A stretch of DNA of 64,000 nt from Ignavibacteriota bacterium (GTDB taxonomy: Bacteria > Bacteroidota > Ignavibacteria > UBA10030): NCBI GenBank assembly GCA_963727825.1, contig CAVSHO010000011.1, positions 128,001 to 192,000 of the forward strand. Direction: 5' to 3'. Every line of letters begins with the position of its first letter. Position 1 is the stretch's first letter. The position numbers were made by a program, and so were the translations under genes. This document shows, piece after piece, positions 30,152-40,197 of the stretch. The notes beneath the pieces are model-generated. The model ran no database searches. It saw only the letters and a list, made by a program, of their open reading frames with translations, and was not told where the DNA came from.

Positions 30152-30763
30152 TTACCCAAAATTATTTCTTAATATTTTAATAAAATATCCAAGAAAGTTA
30201 CCAGATAGCTTTCTTTCTTTCCATTGACTAAGTCCTGCGTTAAATGCTTCTTTTATTTTACCTTCTTCATACTTATCAATTACGTTAGAGAAGAATTTTC
30301 TAAAAGCGAATTCATCAAATTCTACTGCTTCTATTTTTAATATTTCCACCATTTGATCGATAATAACATTATTTCCATTATTAACATTATTGTTTGTCAC
30401 CGTTTTGTTCTCCGTCTGCTCTCCGTTCTGCTCTCCACCAATTTGATACCGTTTCCAATTTCGTATTGATATTATTGTGGTTACGTTATCAATTTTGGTA
30501 TCCACCATTTGCCGTGTTTCGAGATACGTAAGAAATTTTCTCACTGTTTTGAAATCCCATTTCCACCTATCCGCGAGAGATAATTGAGAATAGCATAATT
30601 CACCTGGCGTAATATGGATTTCATTACCGCGAATAATTACCATGTGCTCCCTATGGCTTGCCAATAATAGTAAATCTATCCAGGCTTGCAATCGTGTAAA
30701 ACGTTCGCTGAAATAAAGATCGTTCTCCATTATCTGGCGATGTAATTTTATATATCCTTGCAT
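30152..30763 (-). CDS. Phage-type replication initiator / replisome organizer
   Basis: GYIKLHRQI...AWIDLLLLA...LADRWKW...IRNWKRYQ; internal iteron-like GGAGAGCAGA-type repeats near 30408-30440. Confidence 0.8.
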   Translation of the reverse strand: MQGYIKLHRQIMENDLYFSERFTRLQAWIDLLLLASHREHMVIIRGNEIHITPGELCYSQLSLADRWKWDFKTVRKFLTYLETRQMVDTKIDNVTTIISIRNWKRYQIGGEQNGEQTENKTVTNNNVNNGNNVIIDQMVEILKIEAVEFDEFAFRKFFSNVIDKYEEGKIKEAFNAGLSQWKERKLSGNFLGYFIKILRNNFG

Positions 30764-30767
30764 AAAA

Positions 30768-32123
30768 TCAGACGAGGTATTGTTTAGGTGACCAAGATTT
30801 AGATTGATAATCTCGAATTTCGGTTTCTTTCAAAGTTAAGGTTTCTGGGTTAAATAATAGACCAACTTTGTTATTTGTCAAATTCAAATTACGTCCCCAT
30901 TCTACAAATAGCTCGATATAAGATGGTTCTTCTTCAATCGGCTTCCATAAAAATATTCCGCAATCAGCATCATTAAAAAGTCTACCTGTGTCTCTGATGT
31001 CGGATGGAGAGGGTTTCCTATCAATCCTCATTCCTATTTGTTTACTTAAAACAGCCGCGATAAGAATTATTGGAATAGATAAATCAGTGGCTAGACCCTT
31101 CAACCTGCTAACAAAGGCATTAATCTCGTTTACTCTGTCCTTATTTGCGACCTCAATTAATTGCAAATAATCAATGATGAGTAATTTTATTTTTTTCTCA
31201 TGAAACATCTTTTGTGCAATAATAAATACTTTCTCTGGATTTGCTGAACCATCCCGAATAATCAAATCTTTCCCTTTTGATGTTTCTTGGAACTGGAGTA
31301 AACGGGTCAGACGATCCATAGGGTTCTGACCACTATGTACTCCTGCATATCGTTTTGCAATGTCAACGGCACGCATTTCCATTGAAATAATTCCAACAGA
31401 ATGTCCCTGAGTTGAGTTATAATATCCAATTTGGTTAGATAAAAAAGATTTGCCAATTTTGGCTTCAGCTGCAATACAATATAGACTACCCTGTTCAAAG
31501 CCATGAATGATTTTATCCAGCTTTGATATACCAGATGGAAGTCTTACAATTTCACCTGTAATCTCTTTCTCTGTTTCGTTGATCGCTTCGATAGTAGCAT
31601 CATCAAGGGTTATATATCCTTTCAGATCATGATCTTTCACGGCAAAGGAAATTAATTCTTGTGTTGCTAATTCAATTATAGTGCTAATTTCTTTCCCATC
31701 ATTTATCTCTTTATTGATATGGAGAAGTAATGTCCTCAATTGTGTTTTTCGAGCTTCCTCTTGAAGAAAACGACAATTAGCTGATAAGCTATTATGAACA
31801 CCTTCCTTTGTAATAAGTGTCGAGAGTTCAACGCTTCGTAGAACTAGATACTCCAGAACCTGTCGTTCATCAATAAATTCAGGATATATTTTTAAGTAGT
31901 GAGACAACATCAAACTATTCTGTTGTAAATAATTTTGTACTTCAATAAGATTAACTTCTTTTTGTAGTTCTACTAAGGCTTTGCACACTCCAAAGAGAAT
32001 AGCACAATCGTGTTGCAGAAAATCTGTTTCATTAATAACCGTATCAGCTTTAAGTACCGATGAGTTACCCTTGTAGAGTAACTCACCGATAATTTCTTCT
32101 TCAACTAGCTTTCTTGTGATCAT
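30768..32123 (-). CDS. DnaB-like replicative helicase (element-borne)
   Basis: SGISKLD, AEAKIGKS, ISMEM, LIIDYLQLI, PSDIRDTG. Confidence 0.85.
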   Translation of the reverse strand: MITRKLVEEEIIGELLYKGNSSVLKADTVINETDFLQHDCAILFGVCKALVELQKEVNLIEVQNYLQQNSLMLSHYLKIYPEFIDERQVLEYLVLRSVELSTLITKEGVHNSLSANCRFLQEEARKTQLRTLLLHINKEINDGKEISTIIELATQELISFAVKDHDLKGYITLDDATIEAINETEKEITGEIVRLPSGISKLDKIIHGFEQGSLYCIAAEAKIGKSFLSNQIGYYNSTQGHSVGIISMEMRAVDIAKRYAGVHSGQNPMDRLTRLLQFQETSKGKDLIIRDGSANPEKVFIIAQKMFHEKKIKLLIIDYLQLIEVANKDRVNEINAFVSRLKGLATDLSIPIILIAAVLSKQIGMRIDRKPSPSDIRDTGRLFNDADCGIFLWKPIEEEPSYIELFVEWGRNLNLTNNKVGLLFNPETLTLKETEIRDYQSKSWSPKQYLV

Positions 32124-32143
32124 ATATATCCTTGGAATTGTTA

Positions 32144-32567
32144 TCAGGTACTGAAAGAAATTTCTATAGTTGTACTTACAGTTGGAGATAAGGGTTTATT
32201 CGGTTGTTCTTCTGTAGATATTTCTATCCCAAATTCAGATATTGAAAGGAATATCTGGCGTTCGAGATGGTTATCTTTGAAGTGAAGGAACTTCCCTTTT
32301 TCTAGTATATGTATTCTCGTTGTAACAAGCGGTTTAGAAAAGGGGATATGTACTACAACAAACTTAAATGTACCTGTACTTCATCAAGTCATAATTAAAA
32401 CCGTAACTACCTCCAAATTGCCGGTACTTATGCCGATCCGGATTGCGTTCACAGTAAAACGCAATACCCTGAATGCGTCCTAAAATCCGATGACTTTTAT
32501 ATTTTTTATCAGGTAGTAAAAGATGGACTGTTCCATTGGGAGCAATTCTAATATTAGATGTAAACAT
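32144..32567 (-). CDS. Homolog of 2593-3009, frameshift near 32375
   Basis: Removing one base extends the 67-aa ORF with GTFKFVVVHIPFSKPLVTTRIHILEKGK...RQIFLSISEFG. Confidence 0.65.
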
Positions 32568-32731
32568 TGTATAACTCCTAAAAATAGAAAACCGCTGAAG
32601 GGAAATTATGATGAAAAACCCTCAACGGTCTCTTATTTCCAATATGTAAGTATTTTAGTATCATAATTTATTTTGATACAAGATACTTCCACGAGGAAGA
32701 CTTAACTATTTTATAAATAAATTTAAGTTTT

Positions 32732-33334
32732 TTAAGTTTGTTTCCTCTTCTTTTTATATCCTGTTAATGAGGCGTATTGTCTCAGTTTATGATACATAGG
32801 ATTTTTATCTTTGAATTCCTCTTTAGAAGGCATATCTGAAGGGCATAATTCTAATCCAATATTATGTAGAACTACAGCGGGGATTGTTTTTCCCTTAACG
32901 AGATGTCTTTTTTCACATGCAGTCTTGAATTTATCTATAAAGTCGTCTTGATCTATTATATCAGAATTAGTTTTATTTTTGTTTGCATCATTTGACGATG
33001 GAACGGTAAGAATGCCGGATAATGAAGGTTCGATAGAAGACTGTATTTGTATTTTCTCATCTTCCTTACGTCGAAGTTTTTCAAAAGCGTATTCTTTTGC
33101 CCTTACTTCCGATAATTTTTCTTCATGTTCAAGTAATTTCAATTTATGTATCAACTGCATTTTTTTCTCTTCAAGCTTAGGTATTTCTGGATTTACAAAT
33201 GGACTTTGGCGCTTCTTTTCGATTTCATCATCTATTGCTGAAATCTTAGCCAGAATTGATTTATTTTCATCATCGCCATCCATAATTAAATCTTTACGAT
33301 TGAAAATTAAATCATTAAATTTAATCTTTTTCAT
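32732..33334 (-). CDS. Hypothetical coiled-coil protein
   Basis: 200-aa ORF in the same position as 3266-3877 in island 1. Confidence 0.6.
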   Translation of the reverse strand: MKKIKFNDLIFNRKDLIMDGDDENKSILAKISAIDDEIEKKRQSPFVNPEIPKLEEKKMQLIHKLKLLEHEEKLSEVRAKEYAFEKLRRKEDEKIQIQSSIEPSLSGILTVPSSNDANKNKTNSDIIDQDDFIDKFKTACEKRHLVKGKTIPAVVLHNIGLELCPSDMPSKEEFKDKNPMYHKLRQYASLTGYKKKRKQT

Positions 33335-33337
33335 AGA

Positions 33338-33925
33338 CTAAAAATCTTTCTTCAAGTATTCGTTGGCTATTCTCATATTTTGATAATTAATTTTAAGCCC
33401 ATAATTCACGCCTCCTGGAAATACTTCCAGAAATATTGCACAAGTGTCTTTCCCTTTATTGACAAAGCACCATTGAGCCTCAGTTGTCTCTCGATCAATA
33501 ATATTCAATTCTTGGCAACTATCGCTTTTGAAAAGTGCAACGTCTACTTCTGGTTTCCCATATTTCTTGGAAATTGCGCTCTTAATCGACCACAACTTCC
33601 GGATAAAATATTCGCATTTAATATCGTCAAGAAATACCATGCCAGCAAAAAAACTTTTGTTATGAAAATAAATTGCAAATTGATTGACTTTTTCACTCGC
33701 AAACATGCCGCCATAAAAAACCATTATTTCCTTATTGCTTTTTACAGTATCAAAATGGACACCGTCCCGTTTAAGCATTTTCGATTTAACAGTTTCTGAG
33801 TTGTCGCCCCACCTCAAATCAAGAAATCCATTAAGCGTCTTTCCTTGATCTTGTGCTACTAGTTCTTGATTAGTTAAGAATTCCCCCAAAAATAATATTG
33901 AAATTAGAAAAATAATCTTGTTCAT
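33338..33925 (-). CDS. Hypothetical exported protein
   Basis: AGGAGG RBS, signal peptide, GFLDLRWG...KKYGKP. Confidence 0.7.
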   Translation of the reverse strand: MNKIIFLISILFLGEFLTNQELVAQDQGKTLNGFLDLRWGDNSETVKSKMLKRDGVHFDTVKSNKEIMVFYGGMFASEKVNQFAIYFHNKSFFAGMVFLDDIKCEYFIRKLWSIKSAISKKYGKPEVDVALFKSDSCQELNIIDRETTEAQWCFVNKGKDTCAIFLEVFPGGVNYGLKINYQNMRIANEYLKKDF

Positions 33926-34294
33926 ATAAAGTTACCTCCTACAAAATGGTATTAAGCACAAGAATATTTATTGTGCAAATATACTAACTTCTTTAATAAA
34001 ATTTTGAGAAAAATATTTGTCGACTATTATTTAGAGCTCTATACCCCCTAAATGTCCCTCTACCCCCCGTCGTTATCTGAGTAATTTTCATTTTTGATAT
34101 TTTAAATATACAGATATTCAAGATAGAGTATACTTTTGAAGCGATCATTAAGAGCATTAATTGTCTTCATATCCATCAACTAAAGCAATCATTGAATTAT
34201 GGTTTATACCCTATACACGAAGTTGGATGAAAGAAAAAAATATTCTGACGGTGACGAACTAAAAGGACAGGGATAAACCTCATATAAGCTCCAC

Positions 34295-34323
34295 TTGCCT
34301 TCCGTTTCTTTGTTTTGTAAATT
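34295..34323 (+). promoter_or_regulatory. Element-supplied promoter for tRNA-Arg(ACG)
   Basis: TTGCCT-17bp-TAAATT, in the position equivalent to 769-797. Confidence 0.55.
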
Positions 34324-34330
34324 GACATTG

Positions 34331-34499
34331 ACTTAAAGAAACATGCTTCCCAAGATAGTAAAAAGAAATTTACTCGAAAGAGTAGAACCTCAAGTGTTTG
34401 GGAATTGGAAGCTCCGTTTCGCTTGAGGTTTCTTATTCGTGGCATTGGTGACTATTTTGGGCACTGACAGAGTGAAATAAAATCGAAACTTCACTCAAC
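34331..34499 (+). repeat. Conserved tRNA leader shared with island 1 (590-760, minus strand)
   Basis: ACTTAAAGAAACATGCTTCC, AAAAAGAAATTTACTCGAAAGAGTAGAAC and CGAAACTTCACTCAAC are identical in both islands. Confidence 0.85.
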
Positions 34500-34538
34500 A
34501 CGATAGAAGAAATTGTCGAAAAAAGATTGTTTTCTTTT

Positions 34539-34612
34539 GCACCCATAGCTCAATTGGATAGAGCGGCAGCCTACGGAGCTGTAGGTTGGGGGTTCGACTC
34601 CCTCTGGGTGCA
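34539..34612 (+). tRNA. tRNA-Arg(ACG)
   Basis: Cloverleaf; GCAGC-CT ACG GA-GCTGT; followed by a terminator at 34618-34644. Confidence 0.95.
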
Positions 34613-34651
34613 CATAAAAAAGCTCTGAACTCACAGGGCTTTTTCTTTGTT

Positions 34652-36481
34652 TTATTCTAGCACGATTCTCATCTGGCAAGATTCACAATCAAACTCCAGA
34701 CGATATTTATTCCTTGTATCCTCCAAAAATAATGGTTCTGCATCGGAGATATTTTTACCTGTACAAAGACCATATTGGAAACGTAAACAGTGCTTCATCG
34801 TCATCACTGTCTTTCCCTTAGTTACATTTTGAAGCTCAAATGCATTTTCAATATTTTCTACACCATGCCTACGATAGAATGCCTCCGCCTTCTTATTTGC
34901 AACATTTGCCATATAATCTAAATGCGCTTCCGGATACGGTTCATTGTTGGGTTGAATAAATGAAATTTTTCTGTTGTATAGTTTCAATCGTGATTCTTCC
35001 AATTGGCGTATTCCTTCACGCCGCATTTCATTAAGTATACTGATGGGAAGAAAATATGGTTGATTCCAAACCACATTCATTTCTTCGCAAATAAAAATCG
35101 TATCACCTAATTTTGTAAGTTGGTGGTGAACAGTTTCCTCTGCCTGATTTTTGCTTTTTGCAGGTTTTTTTTCATAAGCTCGATCAATTTTTATTTTAAC
35201 GCCATTTTCATCTTCAATGTAAACGGTAAAGCCATCATTTGATTCAATAAATTGCATTTTCACTGCAATTAAGCGCTTTGTTTTATCTGCTTGAAGTTCC
35301 TTTGCAAATACATAATCATAATTGCGATAAATCATTGTTCCAACTTCAAGCCCATCGATTTCAGAAGGAAATATTTTCTTTCCTTCTATCTTATTTATAT
35401 TTGTGCCCAACAAATCATTCTGCGCATTGAAAAAACAGATCCCATCTCCATTATGCAGCGTTTCTTCCGTCTCCAGAATAAAGCAATTTCGTTCTATCTG
35501 TTTCACCTTTCCTAAATATGCACCGGTGGATTTCGGTGTGTATGGAGAAAGGATATCTTTAGTCCGACGTTGAATGAAATGTTCAGTAAATCCGCGATTG
35601 AATGTTTTAAATAAATTTGGTTGAAATGTTATCATTGTTTTCCCGGTCGATGCCCGGGCAAGCGAACCATCCTTTTCTATTATCTCATCAATTCTTTGTC
35701 TGTAGAATGCCGTAACATTTTTAACATAGTTGATGTCTTTCAAGCGTCCTTCAATCTTAAATGAAGACACGCCTGCATCAATCAAATCGCGAAGATATTC
35801 AGAAAGATTTAAATCCTTGAGTGAGAGCAGATATTTATTCTGTTCAATTATGTTTCCTGAATTATCTTTAAGCGTGTAAGGCAAACGACATGGCTGTGCA
35901 CATTCGCCGCGGTTTGCGCTTCTCCCTTGCGTTGCCTGACTGAGATAGCATTGTCCGCTGAAACTGACGCACAATGCACCGTGGATGAAAAACTCTAAAT
36001 CTATATTTGTATTCGACCTAATTTCGCGCAATTGTTTCAGCGATAATTCTCGCGCTAATATAACACGCTGGAATCCAACTTTCTCAAGAAATTGAATCTT
36101 CTTCAACGAATAATTGTGCGTTTGTGTGCTGGCAAACAACGGAAGCGGCGGCAAGTCAAGTTCCAATAATCCCATATCCTGAATGATTAGAGCATCTGCA
36201 CCTGCCTCATATACAGATCGAGCAAGAGCAAGCGCCTCGTCTAATTCATCATCATACAAAATCGTATTCAGCGTAATATAAACTTTTGACCAATAGCGAT
36301 GTGCATAGTTCACAAGTTTAGCTATGTCATCTAACGAATTACCTGCAGCAGTGCGCGCACCAAACTTTGGTGCACCAATATATACTGCATCTGCGCCGTG
36401 ATTAATTGCAGCTATGCCCGTTGCTAAATTTTTAGCCGGAGAGAGAAGTTCTATACGACGGTTGCGTTCTTTATTATTCAT
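34652..36481 (-). CDS. rlhA: Peptidase U32 family with DUF3656 (RlhA-like 23S rRNA hydroxylase)
   Basis: ELLSPA, GADAVYIG, HGALCVSFSGQC, ANRGECAQPCR, FKIEGR; long C-terminal extension. Confidence 0.75.
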   Translation of the reverse strand: MNNKERNRRIELLSPAKNLATGIAAINHGADAVYIGAPKFGARTAAGNSLDDIAKLVNYAHRYWSKVYITLNTILYDDELDEALALARSVYEAGADALIIQDMGLLELDLPPLPLFASTQTHNYSLKKIQFLEKVGFQRVILARELSLKQLREIRSNTNIDLEFFIHGALCVSFSGQCYLSQATQGRSANRGECAQPCRLPYTLKDNSGNIIEQNKYLLSLKDLNLSEYLRDLIDAGVSSFKIEGRLKDINYVKNVTAFYRQRIDEIIEKDGSLARASTGKTMITFQPNLFKTFNRGFTEHFIQRRTKDILSPYTPKSTGAYLGKVKQIERNCFILETEETLHNGDGICFFNAQNDLLGTNINKIEGKKIFPSEIDGLEVGTMIYRNYDYVFAKELQADKTKRLIAVKMQFIESNDGFTVYIEDENGVKIKIDRAYEKKPAKSKNQAEETVHHQLTKLGDTIFICEEMNVVWNQPYFLPISILNEMRREGIRQLEESRLKLYNRKISFIQPNNEPYPEAHLDYMANVANKKAEAFYRRHGVENIENAFELQNVTKGKTVMTMKHCLRFQYGLCTGKNISDAEPLFLEDTRNKYRLEFDCESCQMRIVLE

Positions 36482-36585
36482 TCAGCAATTTCCTATATAG
36501 TAAGGTAGATAAACTTCTCCTTCCCCTCAAATTGATAGCGCAGAAAAACTTCCGTATATTTCAAATAAAATAATAGGAGAATTTT

Positions 36586-37641
36586 TTGCAGAATCGCGAT
36601 AATAAGGAATGGATTCCAACAAATCCTGACTATGATCCCAACAAACCAATGCAGGTCGGCGGACAAGCAGTTATTGAAGGTGTAATGATGCGCGCGCCTG
36701 GTTCAGTTGCCACGGCAGTGCGACGGGCAAATGGACAAATCGTAGTTCAACATCAGGAATATAAATCGGTTACGGAAAAATATAAATGGCTGAATGTGCC
36801 AATCTTGCGTGGTGCAGTTGGGCTTATCGATATGATGTATCTCGGCATGAAAACACTCAACTTTTCTGCCGAGATTGCAATGCTTGATGTTGAGACTGAA
36901 GAGACAAAGAAAAATGGTAAAACAGGTGAAAATAATTCTGAGAATAAAACTAAACCTCAGTCAAAGTTAGCACTTGTAGCAACGCTTGTATTTGCACTCG
37001 CTCTTGGAATAGGTGTTTTCTTTATCGTCCCGTTATATCTTACAACCAAAGTATTCGCAATTGAACAAACTGCAATGATGTTCAACCTCGTGGCTGGCGC
37101 TATTCGCATTACGATCTTGCTTCTTTATATGGCTGGTATTTCATTGATGAAAGATATCCAGCAGCTTTTTCGTTATCACGGCGCGGAACATAAATCTGTA
37201 TTCGCGTATGAATTGAAAGGCTCACTCGTCCCAGAGTCCGTGGTAAAATACAGTCGTTTTCATCCTCGGTGCGGCACAAGTTTTTTACTTATCGTTGCAT
37301 TTGTCGCAATTCTTTCCTTCAGTCTTCTTGATGCATTCTTACTGATCTTTATTGGCAAGATCACATTGTCAATCCGTCTGTTGACGCATTTGCCTTTTAT
37401 CCCCGTCGTTGGCGGTTTGGCATATGAAATTATTAGATTTTCTGCAAAGCATGGAACAACTTGGTGGGGTAAAACATTGATCGCGCCTGGACTTTGGCTT
37501 CAACATATTACAACGAAGGAGCCTACCGAGCCGCAAATAGAAGTTGCTTTGGTAGCACTCAAATGTGCTTTAGGTCAAGAAGATCCAAACAAATATATTC
37601 TACAACCCGGTCCCGCAGTGGTTTCTTCAACCAAAGCATAA
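36586..37641 (+). CDS. DUF1385 membrane protein
   Basis: [26 protein letters not shown]; usual neighbour of prfA. Confidence 0.9.
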   Translation: MQNRDNKEWIPTNPDYDPNKPMQVGGQAVIEGVMMRAPGSVATAVRRANGQIVVQHQEYKSVTEKYKWLNVPILRGAVGLIDMMYLGMKTLNFSAEIAMLDVETEETKKNGKTGENNSENKTKPQSKLALVATLVFALALGIGVFFIVPLYLTTKVFAIEQTAMMFNLVAGAIRITILLLYMAGISLMKDIQQLFRYHGAEHKSVFAYELKGSLVPESVVKYSRFHPRCGTSFLLIVAFVAILSFSLLDAFLLIFIGKITLSIRLLTHLPFIPVVGGLAYEIIRFSAKHGTTWWGKTLIAPGLWLQHITTKEPTEPQIEVALVALKCALGQEDPNKYILQPGPAVVSSTKA

Positions 37642-37648
37642 TATTGTT

Positions 37649-38719
37649 ATGATTGATAAGTTAGAAAAAATATTTCAGCGGTACGATGAAGTCAGCAAAT
37701 TGATGAGCGATCCGGCAATTGTTGCTGATCAGCAAAAAAGTCGAGAATTAGGAAAAGAATTTCATTCTTTGGAAATGGTTGTAAAAGCTGGGATTCGTTA
37801 TAAAAAGGTTTATCACGATTTCAACGGAAGCAAAGAGTTATTGGATTCTACAAGCGATCCAGAAATGAAATCGCTTGCACAGGAAGAATACGATCGGCTT
37901 AAGGTGGAATTAGCCCGGCTTGAAGAAGAAATGAAGATGTTGCTGATTCCTTCTGATCCGAACGATTCGAAAAATTTTATTATGGAAATTCGTGCAGGCA
38001 CCGGTGGCGAGGAAGCTGCAATATTTGCTGCAGATTTGTATAGAATGTACACGCGCTATTCGGAAAGGAAAAGTTGGAAAGTCGAGATAATGGATTGGAA
38101 TGAAACAGGCAAAGGCGGCTTTAAAGAAATTGTCTTTGCAGTATCTGGCGAAGGCGCATATGGAGAAATGAAATATGAAAGCGGTGTGCATCGGGTCCAG
38201 CGTGTGCCGGAAACAGAAGCACAAGGGCGTGTGCATACTTCAGCGGCATCCGTAGTTGTGCTGCCTGAAGTTGAAGATGTAGAAATAGACATCAACCCGG
38301 CTGATCTTCAAATTGACACATATCGCTCGGGCGGCAAAGGCGGGCAGAATGTAAATAAAGTTGAAACAGCAGTACGTATTACGCACAAACCAAGCGGAAT
38401 TATTGTTGCCTGCCAACAAGAGCGCTCGCAATTTCAAAATCGTGAACGAGCGATGAAAATGCTGCGCGCTAAATTATACGAGATGAAACTTGAAGAGCAA
38501 ACAAAATCTACCGCGGCGCAGCGAAAGTCGATGGTGAAGAGCGGTGATAGAAGTGATAAAATCCGAACATATAATTTTCCGCAAAACCGGCTAACCGATC
38601 ATCGCATCGGATATACAATTTATAGCTTGGACCGCGTGATTGATGGTGACTTAGATGCATTAATCGAGCAATTGCGGATAGCCGATCGCGCTGAAAAACT
38701 ACAAAACGCAACGGCATAA
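37649..38719 (+). CDS. prfA: Peptide chain release factor 1
   Basis: GGQ motif, PET recognition loop (RVPETE), RTYNFPQNR. Confidence 0.96.
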   Translation: MIDKLEKIFQRYDEVSKLMSDPAIVADQQKSRELGKEFHSLEMVVKAGIRYKKVYHDFNGSKELLDSTSDPEMKSLAQEEYDRLKVELARLEEEMKMLLIPSDPNDSKNFIMEIRAGTGGEEAAIFAADLYRMYTRYSERKSWKVEIMDWNETGKGGFKEIVFAVSGEGAYGEMKYESGVHRVQRVPETEAQGRVHTSAASVVVLPEVEDVEIDINPADLQIDTYRSGGKGGQNVNKVETAVRITHKPSGIIVACQQERSQFQNRERAMKMLRAKLYEMKLEEQTKSTAAQRKSMVKSGDRSDKIRTYNFPQNRLTDHRIGYTIYSLDRVIDGDLDALIEQLRIADRAEKLQNATA

Positions 38720-38725
38720 TTTTGC

Positions 38726-39196
38726 CTATCGTTTTTTTTGAAAAGTTCTCTTCTTTGCAAAAAACTCTTTTAGTAATGATTCGCTTTCCTTATCGCAAAT
38801 TCCTCCTACAACATGAACGCTATGATTCAGCCGTGGATCTTCGACAATATTATACAATGTTCCGCAAGACCCGGCTTTTGGATCATACGAACTGAATACA
38901 AGTGTCGGAATGCGAGCAAGAACAATAGCGCCTGCACACATCGGGCAAGGTTCTAACGTCACATAAAGCGTGCAATTCTCTAATCTTCGCGAATGCATAT
39001 AATTTGAAGCAGCAGTAATTGCAATCATTTCGGCGTGAGCAGTGGGATCTTGCAGTAGTTCTATCTGATTATATCCCCTGCCGATAATCTCCCCTTTATG
39101 CACAACGATTGCCCCCACCGGCACTTCATTTGCATCGAAGGCGCGCTGCGCTTCTTGAATCGCTGTTTTCATCCATTGCGCATGCGGCGTCATCAT
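38726..39196 (-). CDS. tadA: tRNA adenosine(34) deaminase
   Basis: [19 protein letters not shown]. Confidence 0.92.
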   Translation of the reverse strand: MMTPHAQWMKTAIQEAQRAFDANEVPVGAIVVHKGEIIGRGYNQIELLQDPTAHAEMIAITAASNYMHSRRLENCTLYVTLEPCPMCAGAIVLARIPTLVFSSYDPKAGSCGTLYNIVEDPRLNHSVHVVGGICDKESESLLKEFFAKKRTFQKKR

Positions 39197-39310
39197 AAAT
39201 ACTTTATAGTGCTATCGTGATTGCTTAGCTGATACGGTTTGTAGGAAATGTTCTAACTAACAGCGCTTCTTGACGCTATATCGCCAGCTTGTGAATCAAT
39301 AGATTGCGCA

Positions 39311-39820
39311 TTATACGTGTTCAACTTTTGAGAAATCCGATAATGCTGCAATTATCCGATTCACTTCTTCACCAATTGTATCAAGTTGGCGCATTATTTT
39401 CAGATTGCCTGCAGCAGCTTTATGTGCAGATCCGAGTGTGAGCACAATAATTGATAGCGGGTTATTAATGTGATGCTGTATACCACGAGCTACTTCGTGC
39501 AGTGTTTTAAGCTGTGTTTGCTGAAGCTGCATTTCTCGTTCAGCAATGAGTCTTTGCTCTTCGCTTTCGTGCAGTTTTGTCCTGATTTCAATAACATTCA
39601 CCAATGCTACAGCAAGAAGCCACAAAAATGGAAAGGCGTCAAAACTGTCAATTATATTCTCAATAAATAATGAAGTATGGAAGGTAATGTACTTCACTCT
39701 GATAAAATAATGTATGATGCAAAATAATAGATAGCCGTAAATGAATAACCCAGAAAGAACCGCTGGGTATTTTATGCAAAAATTTTTCACCTTTTCATAA
39801 ATCTTTTTGATGGGGTTCAT
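39311..39820 (-). CDS. Membrane protein with HisKA-like dimerization domain and no ATPase domain
   Basis: Two TM helices, coiled coil, QHHINNPL; possible frameshift at the 3' end. Confidence 0.7.
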   Translation of the reverse strand: MNPIKKIYEKVKNFCIKYPAVLSGLFIYGYLLFCIIHYFIRVKYITFHTSLFIENIIDSFDAFPFLWLLAVALVNVIEIRTKLHESEEQRLIAEREMQLQQTQLKTLHEVARGIQHHINNPLSIIVLTLGSAHKAAAGNLKIMRQLDTIGEEVNRIIAALSDFSKVEHV

Positions 39821-39887
39821 CTGAAGTACTCCCCGAATATTGTTCGATGGATATTGATAATTTCAACCAAACTAATTTAAGATATTG

Positions 39888-39961
39888 TGCACCCGGAGGG
39901 AGTCGAACCCCCAACCCTCAGATCCGAAGTCTGATGCTCTATCCAATTGAGCTACGGGTGC
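39888..39961 (-). tRNA. tRNA-Arg(TCG)
   Basis: Cloverleaf; TCAGA-CT TCG GA-TCTGA. Confidence 0.93.
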
Positions 39962-40197
39962 ATTAGCACACAAGACAAAATCCATTATTTGTTATTAAGA
40001 TTGAACCATGTGCATACCTTAATACAGATCCCGCCATAAAATGTTATGATTCTAAAAAATGCTGCTATTCGATATAAAACACATCGCAGATAATTTCCGA
40101 ATTACATGTGCAAATCAATATTTCCTAGTGCGCTAATAATTTACAAAACAAACCCACATCTTGCAACAATACAACTATTCTACATATTTCTGATAAT

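Larger units (their letters stand above)
28475..34593 (+). mobile_element. Island 2: ~6.1-kb integrative element at tRNA-Arg(ACG)
   Basis: 58-bp direct repeat (28475-28532 / 34536-34593) = tRNA 5' 55 nt plus TTT; integrase, Rep and DnaB-like genes inside. Confidence 0.92.

Noticed and set aside
34570-34578. G37 in tRNA-Arg(ACG) as a block to TadA editing
   Set aside because: CUACGGA loops occur in other bacteria that have tadA, so it is not unusual.
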